NCBI GenBank assembly: GCA_028866275.1
Contig: JAGWIK010000001.1
Coordinates: 139,306 to 203,305 of the forward strand
Direction of reading: 5' to 3'
DNA length: 64,000 nt
Origin: Alphaproteobacteria bacterium
Lineage (GTDB): Bacteria > Pseudomonadota > Alphaproteobacteria > UBA9219
This document shows, piece by piece, positions 52,417 to 62,673 of the stretch. The number at the start of each line of letters is the position of its first letter. The stretch's first letter is position 1. A model generated the notes under the pieces. That model was not told the origin of the DNA and did no database searches. It was given only the letters and a program-made list of their open reading frames with translations. The position numbers and the translations under genes were made by a program.

Positions 52417-53427
52417 TTACCTGTTTTCCAAGGCTTTTTCCGCCTGCGCCACCAATTCGGCCATAATCTCGGCCACGGGCTGTTCGCGCGTCACCATGCC
52501 CACGCTTTGCCCGGCCATGACCGACCCGGTTTCGACGTCGCCGTCGATGACGGCGCGGCGCAGGGCCCCGGCCCAGAAATGCTCAATCTCCAGTTGTGCG
52601 GCTTCCTTGGTCAATTCGCCTTTGTCAAAGCGGGCGATGACCTCGCGCTGCTTTTCCAGAAACTTCTTGCTGCCGTCGTTGATGATGGCGCGCACGGGAA
52701 TGATGGGAAAGCGCGCGTCGATCTGTACCGACGGCATGGCATCGCGCGCCGCGGCGCGGATGAAGGACTGTTTGAATTTCGGATGCGCGATGCATTCGGT
52801 GGCGCAGACGAAACGCGTGCCCAATTGCACCCCCGCCGCGCCCATTTCAAGGTAAGACACAATCGCTTCGCCGCGGCCGATGCCGCCGGCGACGAACACC
52901 GGCACGTCGCGGATTTCCGGCAGTATTTCCTGCGCCAGCACCGATGTGCTGACGGGGCCGATATGGCCGCCCGCTTCCATGCCTTCGATGATGATGGCGT
53001 CGACGCCCATGCGCACCAGTTTCTTGCCCAAGGCCGCGGTGGGGGTAAAGCACATCAATTTGGCCCCCGCATCCTTGATTTTCTTGATCGCCGTTGCGGG
53101 TGGCAACCCGCCTGCCAGAACGATATGCGTGACTTTTTCCGCGATGCAGATATCGATCAGTTGATCGAGCTGCGGATGCATTGTGATCAAATTCACGCCG
53201 AACGGTTTTTGCGTCAGGGCTTGCGTGCCTTTGATCTCGCCGCGCAGCAAATCCGGCGGCATCGACCCGCAGGCAATGGTGCCGAACCCGCCTGCGTTTG
53301 ACAAAGCCGCGACCAGATGCCGTTCGGAAACCCACGACATCGCGCCGCCCATAATGGCGAGCTCCGTGCCCAGGAAATCGCAGCCGCGCTGCCACAGGTG
53401 ATGAAGGGCGGGGGATGTTTTTACCAT
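52417..53427 (-). CDS. nitronate monooxygenase / FabK-like flavoprotein
   Basis: GGAMSWVS, PFGVNL, EGMEAGGHIG, AGGI, GTRF and MAGQ motifs. Confidence 0.88.
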   Translation of the reverse strand: MVKTSPALHHLWQRGCDFLGTELAIMGGAMSWVSERHLVAALSNAGGFGTIACGSMPPDLLRGEIKGTQALTQKPFGVNLITMHPQLDQLIDICIAEKVTHIVLAGGLPPATAIKKIKDAGAKLMCFTPTAALGKKLVRMGVDAIIIEGMEAGGHIGPVSTSVLAQEILPEIRDVPVFVAGGIGRGEAIVSYLEMGAAGVQLGTRFVCATECIAHPKFKQSFIRAAARDAMPSVQIDARFPIIPVRAIINDGSKKFLEKQREVIARFDKGELTKEAAQLEIEHFWAGALRRAVIDGDVETGSVMAGQSVGMVTREQPVAEIMAELVAQAEKALENR

Positions 53428-53454
53428 AATTTTTCCTGATGTTATGTTCCGGTG

Positions 53455-54690
53455 TTATTTATCGTCCAGCCCATAGGCCGTATGCAGCGCGCGCAGGGCG
53501 AGTTCGGTATAGGCGTCGTCGATCAGAACGCTGATATTGATTTCCGACGTTTCGATGACAAGGATATTGATGCCTTTGGCGGCCAGCGTTTCGAACATCA
53601 TCGCCGCCACGCCCGCATGGGTGCGCATACCCGCGCCGACCAACGAGATTTTGGTCACGCCGGTATTGCTGACCAGCCGTTCGAACCCGATTTTCTGTTT
53701 TTCTTCTTCCAGAATTTTAACCGCGCGTTCGGCGTCGCCTTTGGTCACGGTCAGGGTGGTGTCGGCCTGCCGCCCGTCGCTCGACCCCGACTGCACGATC
53801 ATGTCGACGCCGATGCCGGCGCGCGCCAGCGGCCCGAAAATCGCGGCGACCACGCCGGGTTTATCCGGCATGTTGAGAAGGGTAAGCCGCGCCTGATCGC
53901 GCGTATAGGCGATGCCGGTGACAAGGTTGTTTTCCATTTCTTCATCCCCTTCGGTGACCAAGGTTCCGGGCAGATCGCTGCCGACATCGTTGGCGAAGGT
54001 CGACAGCACCTGCACCGGCATGCGGAAACGCATCGCCATTTCGACCGACCGCACCTGCAACACTTTGGCCCCCAGCGACGCGAGTTCCAGCATTTCTTCG
54101 TATGAGACGCGGCCCATTTTGCGCGCCTGCGCCACGACGCGCGGGTCGGTGGTATAAACGCCGTCGACATCGGTGTAGATGTCGCACCTGTCGGCCTTCA
54201 GGGCGACGGCCAACGCGACGGCCGACGTGTCCGACCCGCCGCGCCCCAGCGTGGTAATGCGGCCTTCCGGCGTGACGCCCTGAAACCCGGCCATGACCGC
54301 GACATCGCCGTCTTCGATGCGGCGGCGCAGCGCGTCGGCCTGAAAATCGACGATACGCGCCTTGGTATGGGTGGAATCGGTCAGCAATTGCGCCTGCCAG
54401 CCTTGCCATGACCGCGCGTTCAGCCCGCGCTGATGCAAGGCCATCGCCATCAGCCCCGCCGTGACCTGTTCGCCCGTGGCCACCACGACATCATGTTCGC
54501 CGCGATCATACCGCGGCGATACGGCGCGGCAATAATTGATAAGCTGATCGGTGACGCCCGACATGGCGGACACCACGACGGCGACCTTGTTCCCTCGCCG
54601 CACTTCGGCCGCGACCTTGGCGGCCGCATTCTTGATGCGGTCGATGTCGCCGACGGAGGTGCCGCCGAATTTCATGACGATAAGAGGCAT
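53455..54690 (-). CDS. lysC: aspartate kinase
   Basis: KFGGTS, TLGRGGSD and DVDGVYTTDP motifs; two ACT domains. Confidence 0.95.
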   Translation of the reverse strand: MPLIVMKFGGTSVGDIDRIKNAAAKVAAEVRRGNKVAVVVSAMSGVTDQLINYCRAVSPRYDRGEHDVVVATGEQVTAGLMAMALHQRGLNARSWQGWQAQLLTDSTHTKARIVDFQADALRRRIEDGDVAVMAGFQGVTPEGRITTLGRGGSDTSAVALAVALKADRCDIYTDVDGVYTTDPRVVAQARKMGRVSYEEMLELASLGAKVLQVRSVEMAMRFRMPVQVLSTFANDVGSDLPGTLVTEGDEEMENNLVTGIAYTRDQARLTLLNMPDKPGVVAAIFGPLARAGIGVDMIVQSGSSDGRQADTTLTVTKGDAERAVKILEEEKQKIGFERLVSNTGVTKISLVGAGMRTHAGVAAMMFETLAAKGINILVIETSEINISVLIDDAYTELALRALHTAYGLDDK

Positions 54691-54804
54691 AAAAGCAGGG
54701 TGTAGAAGCCAAAGGAAGCGAGAGAATTAGCACAAAATGGGATTCGACAAAATCAGATTTACAATTCTATTGTCTAGCCCATAACCATAACCCCCCGCTT
54801 TGCC

Positions 54805-55542
54805 ATGTCCAGCATCGATCCCGCCGAAATTGCCAATTTTTCCCGCCATGCCGATGATTGGTGGAATCCGGACGGCGCCCTGCGCCCGTTGCATAAACTC
54901 AATCCGGCGCGCATGGAATATATCCGCGATCGGGTCTGCGCCCATTATGGCCGTAAACCGGGCGGCCGCGACGCCCTTAAGGACATCTCGATTCTCGATA
55001 TAGGCTGCGGCGGCGGGTTGCTGTGCGAACCGATGGCGCGGCTGGGCGCGTCCGTCACGGGGCTGGATGCGTCCGATGCCGCAATAAAGGCCGCCCGCCG
55101 TCATGCGGATCTGTCGGGCCTTGATATCGATTACCGCGCCGGCAGCGCCGAGGATCTGGCGCGCGGCCACAAAAAATACGACGTGATTACCGCGCTGGAA
55201 ATTCTTGAACACGTCGCCGATATCGGCCTGTTGCTGGACGCCGTGGCGGATTTGCTGAAACCGGGCGGCATCGTCATTTTGTCGACCGTCAATCGTACCG
55301 CTAGAAGCTGGATTTTGGGTATCGCGGCGGCGGAATATATCCTGAAATGGGTGCCGCGCGGCACCCATGACTGGCGCAAATTTATCCGCCCGTCGGAACT
55401 GGCGGCGCATCTGGCGCGCGCGGGGCTGGACGCCGTCGATATCGCGGGGATCATTTACAACCCGCTGGAAGACAAATTTTCCCTGCGTGCGGGCGCGGTG
55501 GGGATGAATTACATGATGACGGCGGTTCGGGCCCATTCATAA
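54805..55542 (+). CDS. ubiG: ubiquinone biosynthesis O-methyltransferase
   Basis: WW--G---LH--NP-R, LDIGCGGG, E--EHV and P-GTH motifs. Confidence 0.95.
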   Translation: MSSIDPAEIANFSRHADDWWNPDGALRPLHKLNPARMEYIRDRVCAHYGRKPGGRDALKDISILDIGCGGGLLCEPMARLGASVTGLDASDAAIKAARRHADLSGLDIDYRAGSAEDLARGHKKYDVITALEILEHVADIGLLLDAVADLLKPGGIVILSTVNRTARSWILGIAAAEYILKWVPRGTHDWRKFIRPSELAAHLARAGLDAVDIAGIIYNPLEDKFSLRAGAVGMNYMMTAVRAHS

Positions 55543-55754
55543 ACATGGCAGAATAGCCACGCTTTGGCGTTTTTTGCCTGCGCAACTAATTCTTTGCTTT
55601 GCAAACCGTTGGTTTTTATGTAGGAAGTCAACCGTTCGCTCTTGCCTTGACCGGGAACGTCCCGAAAGGCAATACCGTCGGCGCCGCGAAAGACGCCGCT
55701 TTTCCGGAAAGCGACTCCTCTGATGTATCAAATGTATAAGGGAGATTTTGTAGT

Positions 55755-56315
55755 ATGAGTTCAACCCTCGTCGGTAAATCCATCGCTATCCTCGCCGCCA
55801 ACGGCTTTGACGAAAACAATATGACGGAAATCCAGCGCGCCATCACCGCGCTGAAAGGCAAATTCAAAACCGTCGCGCCCGAAAACGGCGTCATGAACGG
55901 CTGGCAGACCGACCATTGGGGCCATTATTTCCCCGTCGATGCGCAAATCGGCGAAGCGTTGGGTTCGGATTACGATATTTTGATTATTCCCGGCGGCGAA
56001 CGCGCCGTGACCAAGCTGAAAACCAATCTGCACACGCGCCGCATCGTCAACCACTTCCTCGAAGCGGGCAAACCGATTGCCGCCATCGGCGCGGGCGTTG
56101 CGCTGCTGGCTTTGTCGCCCAAAATCGCGGGGGTTGCGGTGGCCGCACCTGCCGAATGTCAGGCCGAATTGACCGCGGCGGGCGCCGTTATCGGTGGCGA
56201 CGCGCTGGAAGTGTCGGGCCAGATTCTGACCGCCGATGGCAGCGACGCCAAGGCTTGGGTCGAACAGGCTCTGGCCCTGTTTCAGGAAGCCGAAGCCGAA
56301 TTGCAGGCGGCCTGA
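55755..56315 (+). CDS. DJ-1/PfpI family protein lacking the catalytic Cys
   Basis: IAIL-ANGFDE, YDILIIPGG and KPIAAIGAG motifs. Confidence 0.8.
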   Translation: MSSTLVGKSIAILAANGFDENNMTEIQRAITALKGKFKTVAPENGVMNGWQTDHWGHYFPVDAQIGEALGSDYDILIIPGGERAVTKLKTNLHTRRIVNHFLEAGKPIAAIGAGVALLALSPKIAGVAVAAPAECQAELTAAGAVIGGDALEVSGQILTADGSDAKAWVEQALALFQEAEAELQAA

Positions 56316-57187
56316 TGACGGCGCCGGATACATCGCCATCCGGCCTTGTTTCCAGCTATGTTGATTTATTGCGGCGGCATCCGGCACAACCGGATGCCGC
56401 CGTTTCTTTTATATCCGACGCTTTGCCGCTGCGCGGTAAAAATCCGTGCGCGTTATTGCTGTCGCCCCACCCTGACGATGAATGCCTGGCCGGCGCGTTG
56501 CCGTTGCGCTTGAAGCGCGAACAGGGCTGGCAGATCATCAATATCGCCGTGACGCTGGGCAGCAAAACGGATCACAGGCCGGCGCGGTTGGGCGAATTGG
56601 CGCGCGCCTGCGCCGTGTTGGGGTTCGATGCGTTCACGCCTGCCACGATGGGGTTTGATGATGTGACGGAAGCCGCGCGCGCCGCCGACCGCGCCGCGTG
56701 GCAGAAAAAAGCCGCGCGTATCGCCGAACTGGTCGGGCATTACAAGCCGCAGGCGATTTTCATGCCTCATGCGCAGGACGCGCACCCGACCCATATCGGC
56801 ACGCATCTTCTGGGCATGGATGCGCTGGCCCTGCAACCGGTGGAATTTTCCTGCGCCGTGGTCGAAACCGAATATTGGCAACCGAACCCGTCGCCCAATT
56901 TGATGATCGGCGTCGGGGCGGCAGATGCGGCGACATTGCTGTCGGCCTTGGCGTGCCATGCGGGCGAAGTCGCGCGCAATCCCTATGATGTCCGGTTTCC
57001 GGCCTATTTAATCGACAATGTGCGACGCGGGTCGGAACGCGTGGGCGGCGCGGGCGCGCCATCCGCCGACATGGACTTTGCCATGCTGTACCGTTACGGG
57101 CTGTGGAAAAGCGGGCGGTTCATGCCGTCGGCGTTGGGGCGGATTATTGGGGCCGGCGATCTATTGAAAGAAATCCTGTCGGGTTAA
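56315..57187 (+). CDS. PIG-L/LmbE family deacetylase
   Basis: SPHPDDE and PH--D-HPTH motifs; TGATG overlap with the upstream gene. Confidence 0.85.
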   Translation: MTAPDTSPSGLVSSYVDLLRRHPAQPDAAVSFISDALPLRGKNPCALLLSPHPDDECLAGALPLRLKREQGWQIINIAVTLGSKTDHRPARLGELARACAVLGFDAFTPATMGFDDVTEAARAADRAAWQKKAARIAELVGHYKPQAIFMPHAQDAHPTHIGTHLLGMDALALQPVEFSCAVVETEYWQPNPSPNLMIGVGAADAATLLSALACHAGEVARNPYDVRFPAYLIDNVRRGSERVGGAGAPSADMDFAMLYRYGLWKSGRFMPSALGRIIGAGDLLKEILSG

Positions 57188-57226
57188 AAGAAAAAGGGCT
57201 GCGGTTTCCCGCAGCCCTCGTTCTTT
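57186..57226. terminator. rho-independent terminator (groEL / bidirectional)
   Basis: AGGGCTGCGG-TTTC-CCGCAGCCCT with a flanking A-tract. Confidence 0.8.
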
Positions 57227-57243
57227 GGTGATGGAAAGATGGA

Positions 57244-58890
57244 TCAGAAATCCATGCCGCCCATGCCGCCCATGTCACCGGCGCCAGCGCCGCCGCCGAC
57301 GGCTTTCTTTTCGGGCTTGTCGGCGATCATCGCTTCGGTGGTGATCAGAAGGCCAGCGACCGACGTCGCGCTTTCCAGCGCGATGCGGACGACCTTGGTC
57401 GGGTCGACGATGCCCGACTTGATCAGGTCGCAATAGTCTTCCTTCTGCGCGTCGAAACCGAAATTGCTGTCCTTCTGGTCCAGCATGCGGCCGACGATGA
57501 CCGAACCGTCGACGCCGGCATTGTCGGCGATCTGGCGGATAGGGGCTTCCAAAGCGCGGCGGACGATGTCCACACCGCGGCGTTGGTCGTCGTTCGACAC
57601 GCGAACCTTTTCGATGGCGCGCGTGGCGTACAACAGGGCCGCGCCGCCGCCCGCAACGATGCCTTCTTCGACGGCCGCGCGCGTGGCGTGCATGGCGTCG
57701 TCAACGCGATCCTTGCGTTCCTTGACTTCGACTTCGGTCGCGCCGCCGACGCGGATAACGGCAACGCCGCCGGCCAGCTTGGCCAGACGTTCCTGCAGTT
57801 TTTCGCGGTCGTAATCCGACGAGGTTTCTTCGATCTGCTGACGGATCTGGTTGCAACGGGCTTCGATGTCTTTCTTCTTGCCCGCGCCGTCGATGATCGT
57901 GGTGTTGTCCTTGTCGATGCGGACTTTCTTGGCGGTGCCGAGCATGTCGAGCGTGACATTTTCCAGCTTGATGCCCAGATCGGCCGAAATGACCTGGCCG
58001 CCCGTCAGGATCGCCATGTCTTCCAGCATCGCCTTGCGACGGTCGCCAAAGCCCGGCGCCTTGACAGCCGCGATCTTGAGCCCGCCGCGCAGCTTGTTGA
58101 CGACCAGCGTCGCCAGGGCTTCGCCTTCGACTTCTTCCGCGACGATCAGCAGCGGCTTGCCCGACTGCACCACGGCTTCGAGCACGGGCAGCAACGGCTG
58201 CAGGCCCGACAGTTTGGATTCGTGGAACAGGATGAAGGGGCTGTCCAGTTCGGCCACCATCTTTTCCGCGTTGGTGACGAAATAGGGCGACAGATAGCCG
58301 CGGTCGAACTGCATGCCTTCGACGACTTCCAGTTCGGTTTCAAGGCTCTTGTTTTCTTCGACGGTGATCGGCGATTCATGGCCGACTTTTTCCATCGCCT
58401 TGGCGATCATGTCGCCGATTTCCTTGTCGCCGTTGGCCGAAATGGTGCCGACCTGCGCGATTTCCGCGTTGCTCGACACTTTCTTGGAACGGGCGGCCAG
58501 ATCGGCCACGACGGCTTCGACCGCCTTGTCCATGCCGCGCTTCAGATCCATCGGGTTCATGCCCGCCGCGACGGCCTTCGCGCCTTCGCGGGCCAGAGCC
58601 TGCGCCAGAACGGTGGCGGTGGTGGTGCCGTCGCCGGCCTTGTCGTTGGCCTTGGAAGCGACTTCGCGCACCAGCTGCGCGCCCATATTTTCAAGCTTGT
58701 CGGACAGCTCGATTTCCTTGGCGACGCTGACGCCGTCCTTGGTGACGCGGGGCGCGCCAAAGCTCTTGTCGATCACGACATTGCGGCCCTTGGGGCCCAG
58801 CGTGACCTTGACGGCGTTGGCGAGGATGTCGACGCCGCGCATCATTTTTTCGCGGGCTTCGGCGCCGTGAGTTACTGTTTTAGCAGCCAT
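57244..58890 (-). CDS. groL: chaperonin GroEL
   Basis: [19 protein letters not shown] and the GGM tail. Confidence 0.99.
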   Translation of the reverse strand: MAAKTVTHGAEAREKMMRGVDILANAVKVTLGPKGRNVVIDKSFGAPRVTKDGVSVAKEIELSDKLENMGAQLVREVASKANDKAGDGTTTATVLAQALAREGAKAVAAGMNPMDLKRGMDKAVEAVVADLAARSKKVSSNAEIAQVGTISANGDKEIGDMIAKAMEKVGHESPITVEENKSLETELEVVEGMQFDRGYLSPYFVTNAEKMVAELDSPFILFHESKLSGLQPLLPVLEAVVQSGKPLLIVAEEVEGEALATLVVNKLRGGLKIAAVKAPGFGDRRKAMLEDMAILTGGQVISADLGIKLENVTLDMLGTAKKVRIDKDNTTIIDGAGKKKDIEARCNQIRQQIEETSSDYDREKLQERLAKLAGGVAVIRVGGATEVEVKERKDRVDDAMHATRAAVEEGIVAGGGAALLYATRAIEKVRVSNDDQRRGVDIVRRALEAPIRQIADNAGVDGSVIVGRMLDQKDSNFGFDAQKEDYCDLIKSGIVDPTKVVRIALESATSVAGLLITTEAMIADKPEKKAVGGGAGAGDMGGMGGMDF

Positions 58891-58929
58891 TGGATATTTC
58901 CTTGTTGGTTGGTTGGGGTCGGTAACGGA

Positions 58930-59244
58930 TTAGGCGGCCTTCTTGGCTTTCGCCGAGGTTTCGATCACGCCCATGATGTCGGATTCCTTCATGATAAGCA
59001 GGTCTTCGCCGTCGATCTTGACTTCGGTGCCCGACCATTTGCCGAACAACACGCGGTCGCCCGCCTTGACGTCCAGCGGAACGATTTTGCCGGCTTCATC
59101 GCGCGCGCCGGGGCCGACGGCGATGATTTCGCCTTCGCTGGGTTTTTCCTTGGCGGTGTCGGGGATGATAATGCCGCCGGCGGTCTTGGTGTCGCCTTCA
59201 AGGCGGCGAACGACCACGCGGTCATGCAGAGGACGGAATTTCAT
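58930..59244 (-). CDS. groS: co-chaperonin GroES
   Basis: PLHDRV and [13 protein letters not shown] motifs. Confidence 0.99.
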   Translation of the reverse strand: MKFRPLHDRVVVRRLEGDTKTAGGIIIPDTAKEKPSEGEIIAVGPGARDEAGKIVPLDVKAGDRVLFGKWSGTEVKIDGEDLLIMKESDIMGVIETSAKAKKAA

Positions 59245-59298
59245 TTGGAATGCTCCCTGAATGGTTAAAAGGCCTTGGCGGCCATAGCGTAGGGGTGG

Positions 59299-59327
59299 AG
59301 ATAGGCTGTTCCCACCCCGATTTCAAG
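59299..59327 (-). promoter_or_regulatory. RpoH (sigma32) promoter of groESL
   Basis: Minus strand CTTGAA-N16-CCTATCT. Confidence 0.75.
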
Positions 59328-59332
59328 AGGTT

Positions 59333-59348
59333 GTTAATCGTTTTTTAA
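59333..59348 (-). promoter_or_regulatory. CtrA-binding consensus
   Basis: Minus strand TTAA-AAAACGA-TTAAC. Confidence 0.55.
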
Positions 59349-59381
59349 TGAAAAATGTGTGCGGGCCCAGTTGCCGGCGCG

Positions 59382-59693
59382 TCAGGGGGCCAGTTTCAGG
59401 ATCAGCTTCAACAACCCCGGAAACCGCGCGTTAATATCCTCTTCACGCAGGGTGTTTTGATGCTCGACGCCTTTCTTGGTGGTGCGGATCAAGCCGGCTT
59501 CGCGCAAAATGCGGAAATGGTTGGACAGCGTCGATTTCGCCATTTTCGGGCAGGGGGCGGTGTCGGTGCATGACGCGCATGCGCCTTTGTCTTTAAGGCG
59601 GCGCACGATGTCCAGACGCATGGGGTCGGCCAGCGCCGCGAGCACGCCCGCCAGCGTCAAATCTTCTTTTGCCGGATGTACGAATTGAACCAT
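59382..59693 (-). CDS. ArsR/SmtB family transcriptional regulator
   Basis: LAALADPMRL and KSTLSNHFRILREAGLI motifs. Confidence 0.9.
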   Translation of the reverse strand: MVQFVHPAKEDLTLAGVLAALADPMRLDIVRRLKDKGACASCTDTAPCPKMAKSTLSNHFRILREAGLIRTTKKGVEHQNTLREEDINARFPGLLKLILKLAP

Positions 59694-59714
59694 AGAAAAA
59701 ATATAGCACACGCC

Positions 59715-59756
59715 TTGACAAAGTTCAATAGTTCAATTATATCGAACTTATGAACT
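59715..59756 (+). promoter_or_regulatory. sigma70-like promoter overlapped by a palindromic operator (probable ArsR site)
   Basis: TTGACA-N17-TATATC; nested inverted repeat AGTTCA-ATA-GTTC...GAAC-TTA-TGAACT. Confidence 0.65.
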
Positions 59757-59798
59757 AATAACCCATCCTTAAACCACACCCAAAACAGGAGAAATACC

Positions 59799-60548
59799 AT
59801 GACCAAGAAACTAGAAGGCAAAACCGCCGTCGTCACCGGCGCGTCCAAGGGCATCGGCGCAGCCATCGCCAGGGATCTGGCGGCGGCGGGCGCGCGCGTC
59901 GTCGTTAATTATGCATCCAGCAAGGAAGGCGCTGAAAAAGTAGTCGCCGATATCGTGGCCAAGGGCGGCAAGGCGGTCGCCGTTCACGGCGATATGTCGA
60001 AAGCGGCGGATGTGGCGCATCTGTTTGCCGAAACCAAGAAATCCTATGGCGGGCTGGATATCCTTGTGAACAATGCGGGCATTTATAAATTCGCGCCGCT
60101 TGAAGAGGTGACCGAAGAGTTGTTCCACAGCCAATTCAATCTCAACGTTCTGGGGCTTTTGATGGCGACCAAGGAAGCGGTCAAGCTGTTTGGCGACAAG
60201 GGCGGCAGCGTGATTAATATCAGTTCCACCGTCACGCGCATTACGCCGCCGCATTCGTCCGTGTACAGCGCGACCAAGGGCGCGGTCGATGCCATCACCG
60301 GCGTTCTGGCCAAGGAACTGGGGCCGCGCAAGATCCGCGTCAATGCGATCAATCCCGGCTTGATCGCAACCGAAGGCACGCATGTCGGCGGCATGTCGGA
60401 AGGCGATATGAAGGGATGGATCGAAGCGACGGCGCCGCTGGGACGCATTGGTCAGGTCGATGATATCGCCCCGACGGCTGTGTATCTGGCGTCGGATGAT
60501 TCCAAATATATGACGGGACAAACCTTGTTCGTCAGCGGCGGGCTGTAA
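59799..60548 (+). CDS. SDR family oxidoreductase
   Basis: TGASKGIG, NNAG, YSATK and NAINPG motifs. Confidence 0.95.
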   Translation: MTKKLEGKTAVVTGASKGIGAAIARDLAAAGARVVVNYASSKEGAEKVVADIVAKGGKAVAVHGDMSKAADVAHLFAETKKSYGGLDILVNNAGIYKFAPLEEVTEELFHSQFNLNVLGLLMATKEAVKLFGDKGGSVINISSTVTRITPPHSSVYSATKGAVDAITGVLAKELGPRKIRVNAINPGLIATEGTHVGGMSEGDMKGWIEATAPLGRIGQVDDIAPTAVYLASDDSKYMTGQTLFVSGGL

Positions 60549-60565
60549 GCCTGCATCCCAAAAAT

Positions 60566-60591
60566 AAAGCCCCCGGGAAACCGGGGGCTTT
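60566..60591. terminator. bidirectional rho-independent terminator
   Basis: AAAGCCCCCGG-GAAA-CCGGGGGCTTT. Confidence 0.85.
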
Positions 60592-60615
60592 TGTTTTTCA
60601 GGCGCGGATTCAGAA

Positions 60616-61029
60616 TTATCCGACTTTGGCCTTTTTCATCACGGTCGTCATGGTGTCGTTGGCATGCTGGGTCAACGGATCGAACGTGTTCTTGGCCAGA
60701 CGCATCGACATTTCGGCCAGTTTGCTGCTGTTGGCGATCATGCCGTCAAAACAATCCTTCATGAATTCGGCCTGTGTTTCCGCGGCTTCCTGCGGGGTTT
60801 TGGCCGACATCATGGATTTGATCGCCGACACGGCGCGGGCGTAGGACTCCTGCATCGTGCCGCCCATGTCGCGGGTCATTTCTTCAATGCCCTGCCATGC
60901 GGCGGTGCTGGACTTCGTCGCGGCATTGACATAGGCGGACGTTGCCGCGTTGACTTGCTCGTAAGCTTGGGTCAGATTTTCGGTGAATTTGTTGGCATCG
61001 TTGGCGGCAAAGGTCATGACGAACTCCAT
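60616..61029 (-). CDS. phasin family protein
   Basis: Ala-rich helical protein with SAKTPQEAAETQAEF, resembling the phasin_2 pattern. Confidence 0.75.
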   Translation of the reverse strand: MEFVMTFAANDANKFTENLTQAYEQVNAATSAYVNAATKSSTAAWQGIEEMTRDMGGTMQESYARAVSAIKSMMSAKTPQEAAETQAEFMKDCFDGMIANSSKLAEMSMRLAKNTFDPLTQHANDTMTTVMKKAKVG

Positions 61030-61268
61030 GCATGAATAAAAAGTGGAAGCTGTGCGATAGAATGTTCAACCGCAGGTTTGCGTGCACTGCACTATATGTA
61101 ATCACTGGTCATATTGTCAAACGCTATCGGTAGAACTTAAAATTAAAAAACCCTTATTTTATTGCATCGGCGAATAAGCGCTTGCCAAGCGGGGGCGATG
61201 GGGATTCTTATAAACCGGTCGCGAATCAAGAACCCGTGTTCTGCGGGTGCTGCAGAAAACCGGACGGC

Positions 61269-62585
61269 ATGAAAAAACAGAATTTTATCATATTTATCAT
61301 GGCATTGTGCTTGTCCTTCGGGGCTACGCCGGCCAGTGCGGCTTCGCATCACGCGCATCACCACCACACGCGGCATCATCCCCATCCGTGGGTGCAAAGC
61401 GGCGACAATCCGCGTTATGCCGATATCGTGATCGATGCCGATACCGGACGCATCATTCACGAAACAGATCCGAACGGGCTGCGGCATCCCGCATCTTTGA
61501 CCAAGATGATGACGCTGTATCTGACCTTCGAAGCGCTGGAATCCGGGCGTTTGCGGCTTGACCAATATGTGCCGGTGTCTCTTAACGCGTCGCAACAATC
61601 GCCCTCCAAGCTGGGGCTGCGTCCCGGCCAAAGCGTCAAGGTCGAGGATTTAATTCTCGGCATGGTCACGAAATCGGCGAACGATGCCGCTGTGACCATG
61701 GGCGAAACGCTGGGCGGCAGCGAGGCCGGATTCGCCAAAATGATGATGGCGCAGGCGCGCGCGCTGGGCATGTCGCGCACAGTGTATCGCAACCCGTCGG
61801 GGCTGCCCAACCCCGATCAGGTCACGACGGCGCACGATATGGCGATACTGGGCGACGCGCTGGTGCACCATTTCCCCGAATATTATCATTATTTCAATTG
61901 CGACGGCTTCACCTTCGAAGGCATTTACCGCCATACGCATAATCATCTTAAAGACCGTTATCCCGGCATGGACGGCATCAAGACCGGCTATATCCGCGCG
62001 TCGGGATTCAACCTCGTGGCGTCGGTCAAGCGTAACGGCATTCGATTGATCGGCGTGGTGTTCGGCGGCACATCCGCGGTCGAACGCGACAATCATATGG
62101 CACAGCTTCTCGACGCCGCGTTTGCCAAAGACGAAGCCGATATCCGCGAAGCCCGGATCGACAAGGCGCAAGGGCAGGGCGATGCGGATGCCGATGCCGG
62201 CGATGCCCATTACGTGACGTTGCCCGCCAAAATTGCCGCCGTATTTCCACCGCGCAACCTTGCGCCGGCGCAAGCTGTTCCGGCGCAACCCGAACATGCC
62301 TCCGTCACCGTGGTTCAGCCCGCCGCCGTTCCCGACGCCGCGCATCGCTGGGGCATTCAGATCGGGGCGTACAGCGACCCCGCCATCGGGCGGCAGGCGT
62401 TGGCCAGCCTTGTCGCCGAACTCCCTGACAGGCTCGGTCAGGCGACACCGCAAATTGATCCGGTTGCGGTTGCGGGCACGCAAATGTATCGGGCGCGGTT
62501 GATGAATATGGATCAACAAACGGCGCAGGGCATGTGTTCATACCTTGTTCGCCGCAGCAAAAGCTGTTTGACCGTCGCGCCATGA
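61269..62585 (+). CDS. D-alanyl-D-alanine carboxypeptidase (S11) with C-terminal SPOR domain
   Basis: PASLTK, SAND and KTG motifs; WGIQIGAY...YRARL. Confidence 0.92.
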   Translation: MKKQNFIIFIMALCLSFGATPASAASHHAHHHHTRHHPHPWVQSGDNPRYADIVIDADTGRIIHETDPNGLRHPASLTKMMTLYLTFEALESGRLRLDQYVPVSLNASQQSPSKLGLRPGQSVKVEDLILGMVTKSANDAAVTMGETLGGSEAGFAKMMMAQARALGMSRTVYRNPSGLPNPDQVTTAHDMAILGDALVHHFPEYYHYFNCDGFTFEGIYRHTHNHLKDRYPGMDGIKTGYIRASGFNLVASVKRNGIRLIGVVFGGTSAVERDNHMAQLLDAAFAKDEADIREARIDKAQGQGDADADAGDAHYVTLPAKIAAVFPPRNLAPAQAVPAQPEHASVTVVQPAAVPDAAHRWGIQIGAYSDPAIGRQALASLVAELPDRLGQATPQIDPVAVAGTQMYRARLMNMDQQTAQGMCSYLVRRSKSCLTVAP

Positions 62586-62673
62586 TGGATGTTGCGGAGT
62601 AAGGCCTATACTTGCTAGTAACCAGCGTCCGCAGCCCGGTATGGGCGAACGGCACCCACCCCGAACTCCCTTT

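Noticed and set aside
55660-55712. c-di-GMP-I riboswitch (GGCAA...GAAA...GACGC...TCCGG resemblance)
   Set aside because: The spacing leaves no 3' strand for the GAAA-capped P2 helix and no receptor helix. Kept only as a generic structured leader.
57583-59268. Long antisense or alternative-frame ORFs (also 50412-51875, 42204-43733, 14608-15933, 29940-31097)
   Set aside because: They are shadows of GC-rich, codon-biased genuine genes and carry no motifs.
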